From Octopus sinensis (lineage: Eukaryota): a DNA stretch of 64,000 bases. Every line of letters starts with the position of its first letter. Positions within the stretch are counted from its first letter, which is position 1. The notes beneath the pieces were generated by a model that saw only the letters and a list, made by a program, of their open reading frames with translations, was not told where the DNA came from and did no database searches. Location: NCBI RefSeq assembly GCF_006345805.1, contig NC_043001.1, forward strand, positions 4,712,001 to 4,776,000. The letters are read 5' to 3'. Shown one piece after another: positions 27,864 to 41,853 of the stretch. The position numbers were made by a program, and so were the translations under genes.

Positions 27864-28040
27864 CATCCTCATTCAGGTCACTGCCTGGAATCTAACTCGG
27901 AATCTTGGGGTTAGTAGCCCGCGCTCTTAACCAGGTTCGAAATTTCCCTAAGACACCTGGTGAAGGGTATATCAGCCAAAACGTGTTAACAACAAACAAG
28001 ATGAGGACAAATATCTGTGAAACGTAAAGAAAGTAAATGC
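27634..28040. mobile_element. tRNA-like head + (AAT)n + hammerhead-bearing tail (minus), fused to an inverted partial tail (plus)
   Basis: Minus strand 27933-27870 reads tggttaagagcgcgggctactaaccccaagattccgagttagattcc (tRNA-like), then (AAT)n, then CUGAUGA-a-GGCUG..CAACC-GAAAC at 27752-27720. 27931-28015 is an inverted copy of the tail (ccaggttcgaaat..ggtatatcagcc..gttaacaacaaacaagatgag). Confidence 0.7.
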
Positions 28041-29553
28041 TATTTTAAGATGACTTTAGCTGAGTCTACAATGTGGAAGATATCCGTATCAGGTGTCTGG
28101 TCTGAGGACAAAGTCTCATTCATATCAAAAATATGGCCATCTTGTTATGTTGAAGACTCTCATTAAAGTAAACGAAAAGTGGCAATCACACCTGGTCATG
28201 ATTCCTATATGTGAACCGTACAATATTAAGACGGCATTGCCACGGATGGAACATATTTTAATGTAAACGCTCTGTCTTCACAGGAATGGGAAATAAATAC
28301 CTAAAATTTGCATATTTAAAAAAAAATAAAATCGTTCATATTTACTGTATTATTCATTATCCAAATTATAGTAATGATAGATGGAATGATAATGATAATA
28401 ATGATGATGATGGTGATGGTGACGACGATGATGATAACCACCATCACGACAATGATGAAGAGGAGGAGGAGGTGGAAGAGGATGACGACGCCGAGTGCGA
28501 TTATAAGCTTGATGGTGGTTGTGTGATCAACGATGAAGATGATTATGACTGCAATGATAATGATGAATGTCATCGAGACTCCCATCCTCAATAGCATTTT
28601 CATATCGCCGTTGTCATCATTATCGCCATCTCTTTTGTCTTTCTCGTCCTCATTATCACTATCACACCAATACTATTTCCCTCTGTTCTTTCATATGAAC
28701 TCTCCATATTTATGTAGGCTCCCCTTGGGATTCACTCGAGGCGACAGAGTGTTTTGGAATGCAATTTGCGAAGCATAGTCATTACATTTACGGAGACAGG
28801 ATAATTGGCTTCATTATATTATTCTCGCAAATACTAACGGCATTATATGGATATGAGCAAATTATGCGTGTTATCTCATCTGAGGAACAATTATTGGCAA
28901 TTTTGAATAAGATAAAGCACTCTGCAAACTGTATGATGTTTGTTACACACTTTTCTGAACACAAACTGCTTTTTGTTCCGTTCACATCACTCAATCATGG
29001 GTAATATTTTTACTAATTCCGACTACATACATCCTAAATACACCGAGACACCTCATCACTCATTCTGTATCATATTCCATACTGTATATTAAATAATATT
29101 GCTGCTTTAGAATTATCTTCACCTTCCTGGAAGGATTAATATGGCGTACACTGTAGTGCGTCACCTTATCCAACATAATCTTAATTCGTAATACGATTAC
29201 CGGGCTATTTTTCTCTAATTCCGTATCCAGATATATTGACATGAAAGCCATAAATTCGGAATATAGCTGAGATAGCTATTTATAATCCTACATAATATAA
29301 GGCTATGTTAACAACATCTTTAAAATGATGTTGGTATACAACGCTATGGGTATAACGTTGACGTTGTCACTATTATCAAGGCCAGGAGCATCTCGATATG
29401 TTTGTCTTTTGCTAAATGCTTTAGTAATTTCTGTAGACACAAACGGTATTATGGACCAGCAGTATCACACCTCAAACTTGTATGCCTCATTTAATTTCTG
29501 CATACTTTTAGGTCAATATGATTCTATATACACAGATGTGACTTTATGATAAG

Positions 29554-29634
29554 AACCATTTGGTTATGGTTTCAATCCAACTGCTTTCCACCTTGGGCAA
29601 GTGGATTTGGTAGACAGAAACCGAAAGGATCTCA

Positions 29635-29708
<74 letters not shown>

Positions 29709-29860
29709 TTATGTGTGTATGTGAGTGACTCGGTATGAGTGTGCCTGTTTTTATCCTTCAGTTTATGTCCCCATAAACTAGAGGTTCGGCAAAAGAAACC
29801 GATTTAAAAAGTGCCAAAAAGACCGTAGTGGGTCGATTCTTGCCACTAAAATCCGTCTCC
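29554..29860 (+). mobile_element. SINE family A, degraded
   Basis: ccttgggcaagtggatttggtagacagaaac, (TA)n, then ggttcggcaaaagaaaccgat. Confidence 0.6.
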
Positions 29861-31050
29861 ATCATACAAGCTTAGTCAATGTTTCATGTTGTAATGATAA
29901 GTGGTTAAATACAATTAGGTTTGAACTGTCAGAATAGCTACCGACATCCAGATAAGTAAATAGCCATTAGACACAACAATTGAATGATGTTAAATTTTAG
30001 AAAAATAACTTTAAGCTCATCTTTTAAACTTAAGCTGCCTTTTCGAGATTCAAATGAAAATACATGTATATTCTCCATTAATTTGTTTTGGTTTAAGTTG
30101 CTAATCTAAATTGCATGATTTATGAAATGTTCTATGTTTTTATCTAAATCCTCGGTATGTTTTTATTTTACCAACATTAAACGCAAAGCATTAGAAGCTC
30201 TCAACAAATTATTGAAATAGTTAAATCTCATTTGTTGAATATTTATGCTTAAATTTGTGTGGTCTTATCTGTCGTTCGTGCTTATATTTTCACAAATTTA
30301 CTCAGAGAGTTTTTCTCGACACCAAAATATCTAAATAAATGTGCAATATCACAAATAAGTCTCATCTCTTAAATATTATCATTTTTTTTTAAAGCATTGA
30401 ACATATATTTAGCTGCAATCAATCTTAGTAAAATGTAACCGAGACAATTGAAATCCTGATTAAATTATATCTATTTCCATTTTCTTCCTACTAAATTCAA
30501 ATTCAACCTCAACAGACTAAAATTTCCATCTCTTCAGGGACCACTTAAATCAGCAGTACCATTAAAAGAATCGTTCTTTCAATTCTCTTCACTCATACAC
30601 TTATAACGTTTTCAATATATTCTTTATAATTATTGTTTGTTAACTTTCTATTTCTCTGTCGTTCAAGTGAAAAACTGATTCATTATAGATTTTCTCATTA
30701 AAGATTTAAATTAATTTTCTATATTCTAATGTATACATTTTTGTTTATGGCAATATTTCGATCAAGATTATCTAAGATGAAAGTTGTTCAAGCTGTCCGG
30801 AATGTGATCAATCAAATAACGTAAGAACTTTGCTCAACGAACTATTCAAGTAAGAGAGATCTACCTGTGTCATTGACAAAACACTTGAAATTAGTGAGAG
30901 GGCGAAAATGTACTTTATATGCAAGTGTCTGTTTGAACAGTCTTTTAAAAATCCTGGTGATATAACACTGTGCCTTAAATAAAAGTATATACGAGACTGT
31001 TAATGCATTTTCCTTCTGATATAATGTAGAAGAAATTGAATGAAATTTAG

Positions 31051-31280
31051 GCGAGCGAGCTGGCAGAAACGTTAGCGCGCCGGGCGAAATGCGTAGCCGT
31101 ATTTCGTCTGCCGTTACGTTCTGAGTTCAAATTCCGCCGAGGTCGACTTTGCCTTTCATTCTTTCGGGGTCGATAAATTAAGTACTAGTTACGCACTGGG
31201 GTCGATGTAATTGACTTAATCCCTTTGTCTGTCCTTGTTTGTCCCCTCTTTGTTTAGCCCCTTGTAGGTAATAAAGAAAT
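31051..31280 (+). mobile_element. SINE family B, full length, with 21-bp target-site duplication
   Basis: Flanked by aagaaattgaatgaaatttag at 31030-31050 and 31281-31301. Confidence 0.92.
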
Positions 31281-33079
31281 AAGAAATTGAATGAAATTTA
31301 GTTACATATCCTTAGATAAGCATCCAATTTGATGTCCTTCCATCAGCTTGTCACCTAGTCGATTGCATCTTGTACTGATTAGCATTGTTTCATTTTTGGG
31401 AAATATTTTTGAATAAGTGATCCCTCCTAACTTAAGCTGTTCTTAATAGTTAAGTGTAGAACATATTAGAATGTGTGGTTGAAATCGATACTTGGGACCT
31501 CTTAAGACACAACTCAGTAGCTATGCAATTCGAAGAAATGTTGGACATACAGAACTAAATGCTCCATGAATATGTTCAGTGGCAGGAAAATTAAAGCGTA
31601 ATTTCAAAGTAGAACATAGCATATCAGTTAAATTGTTGAGAGAGCTCTCGTGGGAAGATTGTCGCGTAGAAATGATATAATAAATAAACTGGAATCCTTC
31701 TTCTTATTCGCAGAGATGAAGTGGTAATGTTTCTTATTTTTCATTAATGTAACACAACAGCTGTTCATTTTAGTGTAATCATTGATGCTGATATAAATAA
31801 ATTGCCCTCAATAGTACTTTAAATGTGATGTACGTGATGTATAGGTTTGACGACCAGCTTTATATCCAACTGTTTACAATGTACTCAGTTATATCCACAA
31901 AAACCTATACACTGTGTGTTTGTACATTGCTACGTTCGTGTTGTCATTGTTATGATGTCCTATTGTGAAGAAATTCATCTCAAACACCCGTGAATGAATC
32001 AAGAAGATTTATCAACAACATATATCTTATATATATTCAAAATACTCGAGTTCATTACGGTTGCAATTAATCAAAACAATTTCTGTTCCACGGAAATTCA
32101 CCTTATTGATTAGCAACACACTTAATCCTTTTCTAAAATAGAAATACCTTATCAACCGTCGGCCTAATATGTGGCTGTTACAACACCTTTTATGAATTAG
32201 ACTTGGTGAATATTATCGCTAACAAATCGATCTAACAGATCTCATCTCTGTCGTCCCAATTATGTTATTCAAGACCAATAAGACACGACAAAATATTAAT
32301 ATTTCTGAACCAAGTTCTCAGGGTTTAAATCCATTTCCTGCTCAAGATTTCTGCCGGAGATTTTAATAGTGGAGAGGAAAAGTTCAAAATACCGTACATT
32401 TTAGTGGAATTTTTCCGATTGAACGAAAGGATTAAGAAAATCATTGTTAAAAATTTTAGAATATTCAATAGACAAAATAATAATTAAAATTTATTTGGAG
32501 TTAACTAGATTACGTTGCCAGTATCCGGCACACTTCATTTAGTTTTGATTACTTTCTATGGTTCCCTATGCTTTTCTCAAGGAATAGCTTCGAGCCGGTT
32601 GTTTAGCAAGTGAGGTGAATATTTCTGACATCCACCGGTAAAGGAATGACGTTGTATATTTTAGCAATATCCTATAAAACGTAATGCTTCCATTTGCATC
32701 TATTTAAAATAAGCTATGTATTATGCTCACTGCTGGAGATATTTCTTTACAAGAAAACTTTCTAATACAAAATTAGAAGAATTTCAAAATTATTGAAAGG
32801 TTTGGCATTACTATAGTTTATTCAGGGTTAACATACTTAAGAACATCACATTCAAATCTGCTGCTACACTTCCTTGCAAAATACGTACAACCTTATCAAA
32901 GATATCACCAGAAATTTTAACTGTCAACTCACGGGGTTTTATGCTTTTGTAAACTTCATATAGTACTTTATTACATTTCATTGACGTGATAGTTTACTGG
33001 TATCCCAATAATGATAATGTACGAAATTCTACTTCCTGCATATTAAAATATTTAGACATTTCTTCAGAAATTTAATGGT

Positions 33080-33310
33080 GGCGCATGGCTTCGTATTTAA
33101 GGTGTGGTATTCATGGTCGTAAGAAACTGGCTTCGATTCCTAGACCAGATATACGTTACGTTCTTGAGCAAAACACTTCATTTCACGTTGTCCTCTTCCA
33201 AACTCAGTTCGTTAAAATAAGTAACACTAAAGAGGACCATTGTCCCCTTTATGGGATACAGTTAATCCACAAAATCTATGAAACCAACATTATGAATCCG
33301 TGATACGAGA
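33080..33310 (+). mobile_element. SINE family C-like, degraded
   Basis: ggcgcatggct..ttcgattcctagacc..gttcttgagcaaaacac..tttcacgttg. Confidence 0.55.
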
Positions 33311-33596
33311 ACGATAGTCTATCCTTTTTTCTTCAAACGGAAATTTATCTTGAATTCTCTTAGAAACAGAAAATAACGATAAACAGGGAATTCGGTTAGA
33401 ATATCTTATGAATTTGTATGTGGCCAAAAGTGATATTCAAAGATCAATATGTTTAGTGTGAAAAGGAAAACAACATATTGATGATCTACAAAATGTGTGC
33501 TACGGGACCAGAAACAGGAGAAATATATTTTAAGGACTGAGAAAACTGCCAGAAGAGAACACATTGTTCTATGTTGTTCTTTTCAACAAAATTAAA

Positions 33597-34305
33597 CTAT
33601 TCAATTCAATTCAATTCAATTTTTATTGGCTCAAAAAGCAAAAGCAAGGCCATGTAGGAGGACAGGGAGTTATGTACAGGGAGGGTGGTCATACAAAGGG
33701 TTCAGGCTATTTTTGGTCAAGAGAGATTTGAACTGAGCGGTTGTCGACATATTCACAATCTCGTCCGGCAGCTTATTCCACGGATCGGATCCGCAACCCG
33801 GACGGAGAAAGCCCCTCTCCTTCGATTGAGATGAAATCGTCGTAGATAGAGCTTTTCTGAGTGACCCCGCAGGCCACGCTCTGGAGCAGGAGTGAAGAAC
33901 AGCTCTTTCGAGAGGTTACACTTTCCGCTTATGATGTTGTGAGCGAGAATGAGATCACCACGGCGTCGACGTTTTTCGAGAGAATAAAGGTCGAGCGTCT
34001 TCAGCCTTTCTTCGTAAGACAAATGCTTGAGACCAAGAGCCATGCGGGTAGCCAGCTTCTAGACTCTTTCGAGATGATGTATGTCTTTGAGGAGATAAGG
34101 AGGAGAGGCTTGAATCCCGTACTCCAATATGGGTCTCACCAGCGTGACATAGAGCGGTAGAAACATGACTGCTGTGAGCATTCCGAATGACCGTCGAATC
34201 AAAAACAGAACTCCGCGTGCTTTGTTGGCAGCATGGACGCATTGGGCCTAAGGCGAAATGGAAGAATCCACCAAGATAACCAGGCATCAGAACAAGCAAT
34301 CGATA
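33597..34305 (-). mobile_element. 5'-truncated CR1/L2-group LINE 3' end with (ATTGA)n tail
   Basis: LYVTLVRPILEYGIQASSPYLLKDIHHLERV..LATRMALGLKHLSYEERLKTLDLYSLEKRRRRGDLI..LRGH..FSVRV..NKLP, then aataaa and an (attga)n tail at 33597-33625. Confidence 0.9.
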
Positions 34306-34625
34306 AGAATGTTATTTGCTAGAAGATAAAAAGTGAAACGGTGTTTGACAGATATAGAATATTTTGAAATATCATGAGAAAAATGTTTTGTTTCCTGTTA
34401 CAAACATTTGAGATTTAACTGTAGGATTTACGATACGGAAGAAATACAAAAGAACGTCTTATTTTAGACCTCAGAGTAATGCATTTCAGGTTTGTTCGCG
34501 TATGGGCCGAACGAAGAGAACATTGCTCAAACTGGAATATTAATTATATAGAATTCAATGATGAAGTTAAATTATGTGTTGTTTATTTTCAATGAGCAGC
34601 CGAATTCTTTCACTTTTGTTTTTAC

Positions 34626-34775
34626 CTGGTGAAGTCGAAACGGAAACAAGCATGGTAGATTCTGTGATAACGCAAGCTATTATGTCTTGGTAATTAGCAT
34701 CATCGATAAGTGTCCAATATCGTCGACGAGCGCTCCAAGAAACGGCTTTTGAGGATATTTTGCAAATTGATTTAA
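34626..34775 (-). CDS. Candidate 150-nt phase 1-1 host exon (KSICKISSKAVSWSARRRYWTLIDDANYQDIIACVITESTMLVSVSTSP)
   Basis: Open frame between ctcag| and CAG|gtaaaa in unique sequence; the protein is not recognised. Confidence 0.25.
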
Positions 34776-35561
34776 CTGAGTTGTACGATAATGGATTTTA
34801 GTATGGTATTCTATTAATGTTCCGAGGTTGTGTAGATTATTCGTGTCTGTGTGATAAGATGAGGATTATGAGTCTTGCAATGCGTAGACGTAGGAAGCTC
34901 GATCGCTTAACGAATACGCTATCATTTCTGCATTTTCATTCCCATGCGCGTTGGTAAATAGTATAAAGTGTGTTGATATGAATGCTATCAAGTTCTGTAT
35001 TGGCGATTTCTAGAGGATATTTGGCAAACTCTAAAAGTCTTCTTATGATAGTTAAGTTGTACAAAAGACCAATTATACTCTCTGCGCAACACTGATTAAA
35101 ATATATTATAAACTTGGTTGTTCAAATTATTCATGGTTTTTACTGGGGAGAATGTATGAAATTGCATGTGTTCGTTGCTAATGCGGACGAAGTATATAAG
35201 ACTACTGGTGCGTATATGCGCATATATGTGAATGAGATTGCTTCCTAATTCGAACAGTGAATTAGATTTTAGAATGCTCGACTCTATAAATGATCTGTTG
35301 TAAACCTGTCTCTGTTGCAGTAATAAATAACTGGCGTATTTACTACAGTTCCCGCATAATTGTGATCAAATAGGAGAGGCGTGACATTTAAGCATGAAAC
35401 TGATTCACGTTTTGGAACATGTGCTGAAGTCATGTAGAAGAATGGTGGACAGTATAATAAAGTGAAATTATGCAGTAGGTCACTCAGGAAGCTTCACATG
35501 TAATTTCAAATGACACAACTTTAAAAGTTCTCATTAGATATCATTATTATTATTATTATTA

Positions 35562-35592
<31 letters not shown>

Positions 35593-35598
35593 ATTATT

Positions 35599-36140
35599 GT
35601 GTGAGAGAGCAGAGCTTGCCATCAAAGTGGCATTGGGGTAAATTATAGGAAGCACAGCATCCCCATCATGACTACTCGTTGGATAAGGCTGTATCAGTCT
35701 TATGCATCACAACCATATGTGCGTTACAAGGTCATCGTATAACAAGATTAACAGCGCATGAACTTCCAGGTGAGGACCAGTAAAAATTTTCTTCACGTGA
35801 AGTAGCCTGTCCCACTTAAATGGCCCTTGACTAAAGGTTGTTTAAGGCTGTTTAATGAAACGCCCGTGTTTCCAGAGGTGAATGATTCAAACCCCCAACA
35901 TTCCTCACTTCGTTTGGTTATGATGCTCTGCCACTACTTTTGCTCGCGATCAGATATGCACATATCATCAGCCACTAAGGGACCTACCCAATTGGCTATG
36001 GTGAAACAAACGACAAGCAAATCTGTGGTATTGAGCGGAATATTTGCTGTAGCCCATCTTTTATACCAAGACAAAATAATGTACATGATAACACTCCCAG
36101 TCAGTTAAGATCAGAAACCATGAGAGCCACTGCCTTCTGC
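35599..36140 (-). mobile_element. ~540-bp non-coding interspersed element with (AAT)n tail
   Basis: Homologous to 44181-44668, 45517-45827 and 10547-10668 (shared ccatcaaagtgacactgggg..ccagaggtgaattattcaaacccc..ttttataccaagacaaaa). Confidence 0.8.
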
Positions 36141-36169
36141 TGCTGCTCCGTCTTCGTTGTCATCGTAAA

Positions 36170-37260
36170 CATAATCATCATCATCATCTTTCTTCTGACT
36201 CCTAAGCCTGAAATGTCCAGCGGGTTTACTGCCAGCAGCCTACAGTGACGTGCTGTGTTCTTTTCATCGACCTAATATTTTCTTGATTATTTTGGCCGTT
36301 CAAAGGAGGCAAAGCTTCTCTAACCGTTCAAGTGGGCACAAAATTCCCATTTCCTTTACATTCGGATTGATGCATTCTGATACTATCCGTAAAGATCTTC
36401 TAATAATAAGCACTAACTTCACCTTCTTCATTTTCCCTGGCGGGGCTATTTCGTTCTTAATGGAATTGTATGTATCTATTTTTTGCCTTCCTTCTAGTCT
36501 AAATGTGGGCCAAAGGAGCATGATACTATGTAGCCCATGTGTTGCATCTTGTCCACCAAAACTAGATCCGGCCTGTTATGTTCTAGCACCTGATTCGTTA
36601 GCATCCAGGAACTTCCTTTGATGTTACATGGAATTTTTCGCATAGTCCCTTCTTGGGTAATGCTTCTTCAGTGTCCTGAATGTACTTCTTCCTTTGCTTA
36701 CCCTTTTTTCTCTGCTTTTAATACATCCTCATCACTAATTGACACTAGTAACGTTTCCTTGCTTTGGGATAGGTAACACCTTATGCTTCCAAGTTCGATG
36801 CGCACGGAGTCTTCCGCACTTATTAGGAAACGTGGGGGAGGGTTTCCATGTAACTTTATAAATGTTCTTGTGTACTTATGCAGCATTTTCAGTTCCGTCT
36901 CTGTCCACATCAGGATTCCAGCGCCATGACGAATTACTTAACGATTGAGCGCATTTATTGCCGAAATTTGTTCTGGCATTCACCTATGAAACCGCTATTT
37001 TCCTCAGTCGCTGCAGATGCACTTTATCTTTTCTCTAATATCTTTGTGTATATTTCCACCTGCTTCAATTATATCCAAATATTTAATCCCAGATATGACC
37101 AAGAATTGGTGGACAACCTTAGGAATGGGCATGTGTCTCATCCGTGCCTCATAGATAAGAAGAGTGGACAAATTCGTTGCTCATATCACGACGACATCTA
37201 CTCCATGTATACACCTGATATGTTTTGGGAAGTCATTGAATAACCTTGGGGCATTACGTT
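36170..37260 (-). mobile_element. Degraded R4/Dong-like LINE fragment (end of RT plus RLE, internal deletion)
   Basis: YLG..AINAL..VIRHGAGILMWTETELKML..TR and EHNRPDLVLVDK..KIDTY..LEKLCLL*TAKIIKKILG, followed by a (GAT)n tail. Confidence 0.75.
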
Positions 37261-37381
37261 TCAATCAAGTTATTGCATTACGTGATCCTCGCTATAGAGA
37301 AGATATCTATAAATAAATAAATTTAAAAAAATAAATGTATATATATGTGTATATATATGTATCTATATATAGATATATATC

Positions 37382-37454
<73 letters not shown>

Positions 37455-37660
37455 AGTTTGTGTGTGTGTGCATTTAGGCATAAACTGATGTAAATTTACA
37501 AACAATTATTGAAATAGCAATTGCGTCTATGATTTCATAACGATTATTTACATAAATATTACACAGCAGTTAATCGCAAATTGAAATTTTAATAAGTTTA
37601 AAAGAAGAAAAATATATCGTCATTATAAAATGTGTGTTTCCCCGAGTATGTACATACTCT

Positions 37661-37732
<72 letters not shown>

Positions 37733-38329
37733 ACCATAATATAATATATCATATATTATATTATATTATATCATATCATGTGATATATTCGTTAACCGCC
37801 TACATACACAAATGTTGCAGTGTTTATGGTAGTCAGTGATGTTAGTGTTAGTTTCATTTGTTATTATTATTATTATCTTCTTCTTTTAGCGTGTGTGAGT
37901 TTTGATTTATTGTCGAGAGGAACTTGCTAATGTAGGCGTAATTGTTTCTTTTGCTTCAATGGTGGATTACTATAAAAGAAATGCATTGGCGTTAGCAAGC
38001 AGAGGAAATAATGTTACTATGTGACGACTATGCGGAAACTTCTGTCTGCTGTTCAGAGGGGAATATAAGATGTTTCATTCCCTGTATAATCTGTATGAAT
38101 AAAGTATAAAATTTCATTGAAACCACCGGCATCCGTGTAACGCGATGAAATATTGTAATACTTTCGAATATTAATATTATTAGAGAGTTTTATACATGTG
38201 TCATGGCACATTTATCATCCTTAGTAGTCCAAAATCCGAAGTTCAATTTATTCTTCATTTTTCTTCTGTATATTTGAAAAACAACCAAAGCCCGATTATA
38301 TTTATTGAAAAATAATATCAACAACAACA

Positions 38330-38408
<79 letters not shown>

Positions 38409-38460
38409 CAAGAATAATAATAACAACAAGAATAGTAATAAAAAATCGGAGGGGAGGGTG

Positions 38461-38580
38461 TAAGTCGAACACAGTGACCCCAATACTTCACTGGTACTTA
38501 ATTTATCGACCGAAAGGAAGAAACGCGAAGTCGACCTCGGGGATATTTGAACTGTGTACGTAGTTGCAGACGAAATACCT
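38461..38580 (-). mobile_element. SINE family B fragment
   Basis: ctggtacttaatttatcgaccgaaagga..gtcgacctcgg..gcagacgaaatac. Confidence 0.65.
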
Positions 38581-38785
38581 ATTTCTCTTTCATCCATTCT
38601 TTTTTCCTGGAATGGAAACATTTGCCTGCTATAAGATAATATAGTATTACGCTTATGATGAATACCGCAGCTTGTAACTACCATCAATGTTTCTTATACT
38701 ATACCGAAATTGTTTAAATGCAACGAATATCTGCTACTTGTCTTTCGAAGAGTGTGTGGGTGTATATATGTATATATGTGTGTGG

Positions 38786-38865
<80 letters not shown>

Positions 38866-39027
38866 GGATGAAATAGGTGAAACCTGCAATGTGATTTCTT
38901 TCTTTAAAATGTTTCCTTCATACACCCCAATGGGCTTTAATATGTTTTATATTTAAATATACATAATATATATATATATATATATATACGAATATATATA
39001 TATATATTATATATATATATAATATAT

Positions 39028-39060
<33 letters not shown>

Positions 39061-39091
39061 TATGTATGTATGAATCTGTGTGTGTGTGTGT

Positions 39092-39122
<31 letters not shown>

Positions 39123-40160
39123 TGTGTGTGGTGTGTGTGTGTGTGTGGTGTGTGTGCCGTGTGTATGCACGTATGTATTTATATCTCTATACGTATGAGA
39201 ATATGCGATGCACTCTTCACTGGAAACACTCACTAACAAATCGCTTTTGTACATTATTCAATTTCTATCAGGTACGTCGAAGCATTACATACAGTTTTTA
39301 TACAGCTATATAGCAGTACTGAGGATTTCCAGAACCCAAGATAAAACGATATTGTTTTTACGCGTCTATTTATTTATTATGCAGGCGTAATCAACTTCTT
39401 CATATTGAAGAAAACCTGCAGTAAATACGAAAGAGAACGAGTAGAAATAATGAAGGCTAGTAATTATGTCATTAGATTAGCTTTAAAAAGGAATACATAC
39501 GATTTTCTTATCACGAAATTCACTTTCCTGCTTTATAATTACAAGTGAATGTTTTTGAATATTTTTTCGATTTACTTTTCGTTTATTATCCTTCTTATTT
39601 GTACAGCTGTCATGTTCTTGTTTTCTTGCTTGCGTTATTGCATTTAGTGTCATGTGCAATGTAATATTTTCTCTGGATATAACATTTTGTTTTTTTGTTT
39701 TTATTATAATGAGCGAAAAATAAAACATCCTTGCCTCAGTGCTAAGATGAAGTAGTTAAAATCGCCGGGTTTTGCAACTTAAACCCACATGAAAATATTA
39801 TATCATCAAATAGTAAACTTAAGGGGGTTTAAAGAGAACGGATTTCTAACATACATTCTGAATCTCTTTATCGCATGGCTTTAGTCAGAACTAATTATTC
39901 TGTAACTAGTGTACTCATGTGTATTAATGATTTATTTCCGGCTTTATGAATGCTTGAAACCGTCTACGAATTATACCGCATCAACAGATTTCTAAACACA
40001 CGTAAATTTTTAGAAAGATATTTCCAAATAAGTTATTAACTACTCTCTAATTAGTTCTTCCGGATAATAACCGTGTGTGTGTGTGTGTGTGTGTTTATAT
40101 ATCAGAAATGGCATAAATTATGGGGTTTACATGTTACTTTATTTGTGATGCACAAATAAG

Positions 40161-40191
<31 letters not shown>

Positions 40192-40219
40192 TATATATTA
40201 ATTGTGATGCACAAATAAG

Positions 40220-40252
<33 letters not shown>

Positions 40253-40857
40253 ATGTAAAGCTTATTATGTGTATCTTTCTCTATATACCGGTCACTGAAA
40301 TGTAACATAAAAACTGCCGAATGCAATCATGAATTTACAAGGTCGACTTGTGATGCTCTTCAACTTTGGATCTTGACTTAAGTTTTCCTAGATATTTATA
40401 ACATTCTGGAAAACCGTTTGTTAACCTGGTTTATTTCAATTAGCAGAGGATCCTTAGAGTTATTTTACCAGGATTGATGATCCGTTATTAATGACTATAT
40501 ACATGTACAAAAGGGGTACCGTATTAATTTATTCCTTTAGTTTTATATCTTTATAATTTTACCATCTGTAGGGTATTCTCCATTTGAAGCAAAGCACCAA
40601 TCCAGACGCATTTTACTCTGTCCGAAACAGTCTTAGAAATCTTGCGAAGTTATGCCTTTTAACGATTCTGTAAAACGTTTTCCTTTAAGATATCTTTCCT
40701 TCGGTAGAAGAAAAAAAAAAGAAAAGAAGAAGTGTTTGCCGGGAGCAAGATCAATTAAATAAGGAAGGTAGGTTAATGTGGTCATGTTGTCTTTAGTGAA
40801 AAGCGTTTTGCGAAGGTGCAGTGTTGTAATGAAACAATGACTCACCCTTCTGTCATC

Positions 40858-41370
40858 CACTGCTTTTCAAAAATAGAAATATTAAAATTTCTAAGACTCT
40901 CTAAATGAGACTCCGGTCAGCGGTACAGGATATTAATAGTTATCGCCAAGCTAATATGGCAGTCCAAGTTAAAATGACCGTAGTCTACTTTAAAGAGAAT
41001 TAGAAATTTTAATATTTGTATTTTTGAAAACCGGTGGATGTATTCCACTGAATTTCAGTAAATAATTCTTCGAACTGACGGTTAGGAGCGAGGCCTGCTG
41101 GGTTCGGCTGCTCTGCATGGATAAGGAGCAAATACTCTGAAACTAGTCTGCAGATGCTTGACCAGCAAGGGGAAGCGGCTGACCTTCCCTGCTCGAAGGT
41201 TTTATAATGGGCACAGATTCGTGTGTCACATAGCTAGCTAGAAACGATGGCTTCTTGGAGCTATTCAACGGCAGCATTCGTCCCATATTTCTGGACTGCC
41301 ATATTAGCTTGGCGATAACTATTAATATCCAGGACCGCTGACCGTAGTCTGCTTTAGAGAGACTTAGAAA
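40858..41370. repeat. Nested inverted repeats, probably a non-autonomous DNA transposon remnant
   Basis: 40858-40910 pairs with 40990-41037, and 40880-40967 pairs with 41291-41370 (ggatattaatagttatcgccaagctaatatggcagtcca exact). Confidence 0.6.
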
Positions 41371-41371
41371 T

Positions 41372-41416
<45 letters not shown>

Positions 41417-41597
41417 CTATATATATATATATATATATATATATCGAGAGGAGAGAGAGACAGAGAGATCAGTGCATGCATAGATTCATTTATATGGAGC
41501 ATACCTGCATATATTTAGTCAATGCATGTCACTGGAACACATGTCAATGCATGTCACTGTAAGCCTAGTTCTTATTTTTGTATCAAACCGCTTATTT

Positions 41598-41853
41598 ACA
41601 GGGACGTAAACGCACTAACATCGGTTGTTGAATGGTGGTCGTGGACAAACACAGACACACAAATACTTACACACTCACACACAGATATATATATATATAT
41701 ATTTATATATATATGCGACGGGGTTCTTCCGGTTTCTGTCTACTAAATCCATTCACAAGGCTTAAATCAGCCCCAGACTATGGTAGAAGGCACTTGCCCA
41801 AGGTGCTATGCAGTGGGATTGAACCGAGAAACATGCGGTTGGGAAGCAAGCTT
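41598..41853 (-). mobile_element. SINE family A
   Basis: aaatccattcacaaggc..cacttgcccaaggtgctatgcagtgggattgaacc..aagcaagc. Confidence 0.75.

Noticed and set aside
28286-28594. Acidic Asp/Glu-rich ORF
   Set aside because: Degenerate (GAT/GAC/GAG)n low complexity, with no splice or homology support.
40130-40255. Tandem duplication of tttgtgatgcacaaataaga+(TA)n
   Set aside because: A 60-bp local slippage or assembly duplication next to a microsatellite; nothing further to support.
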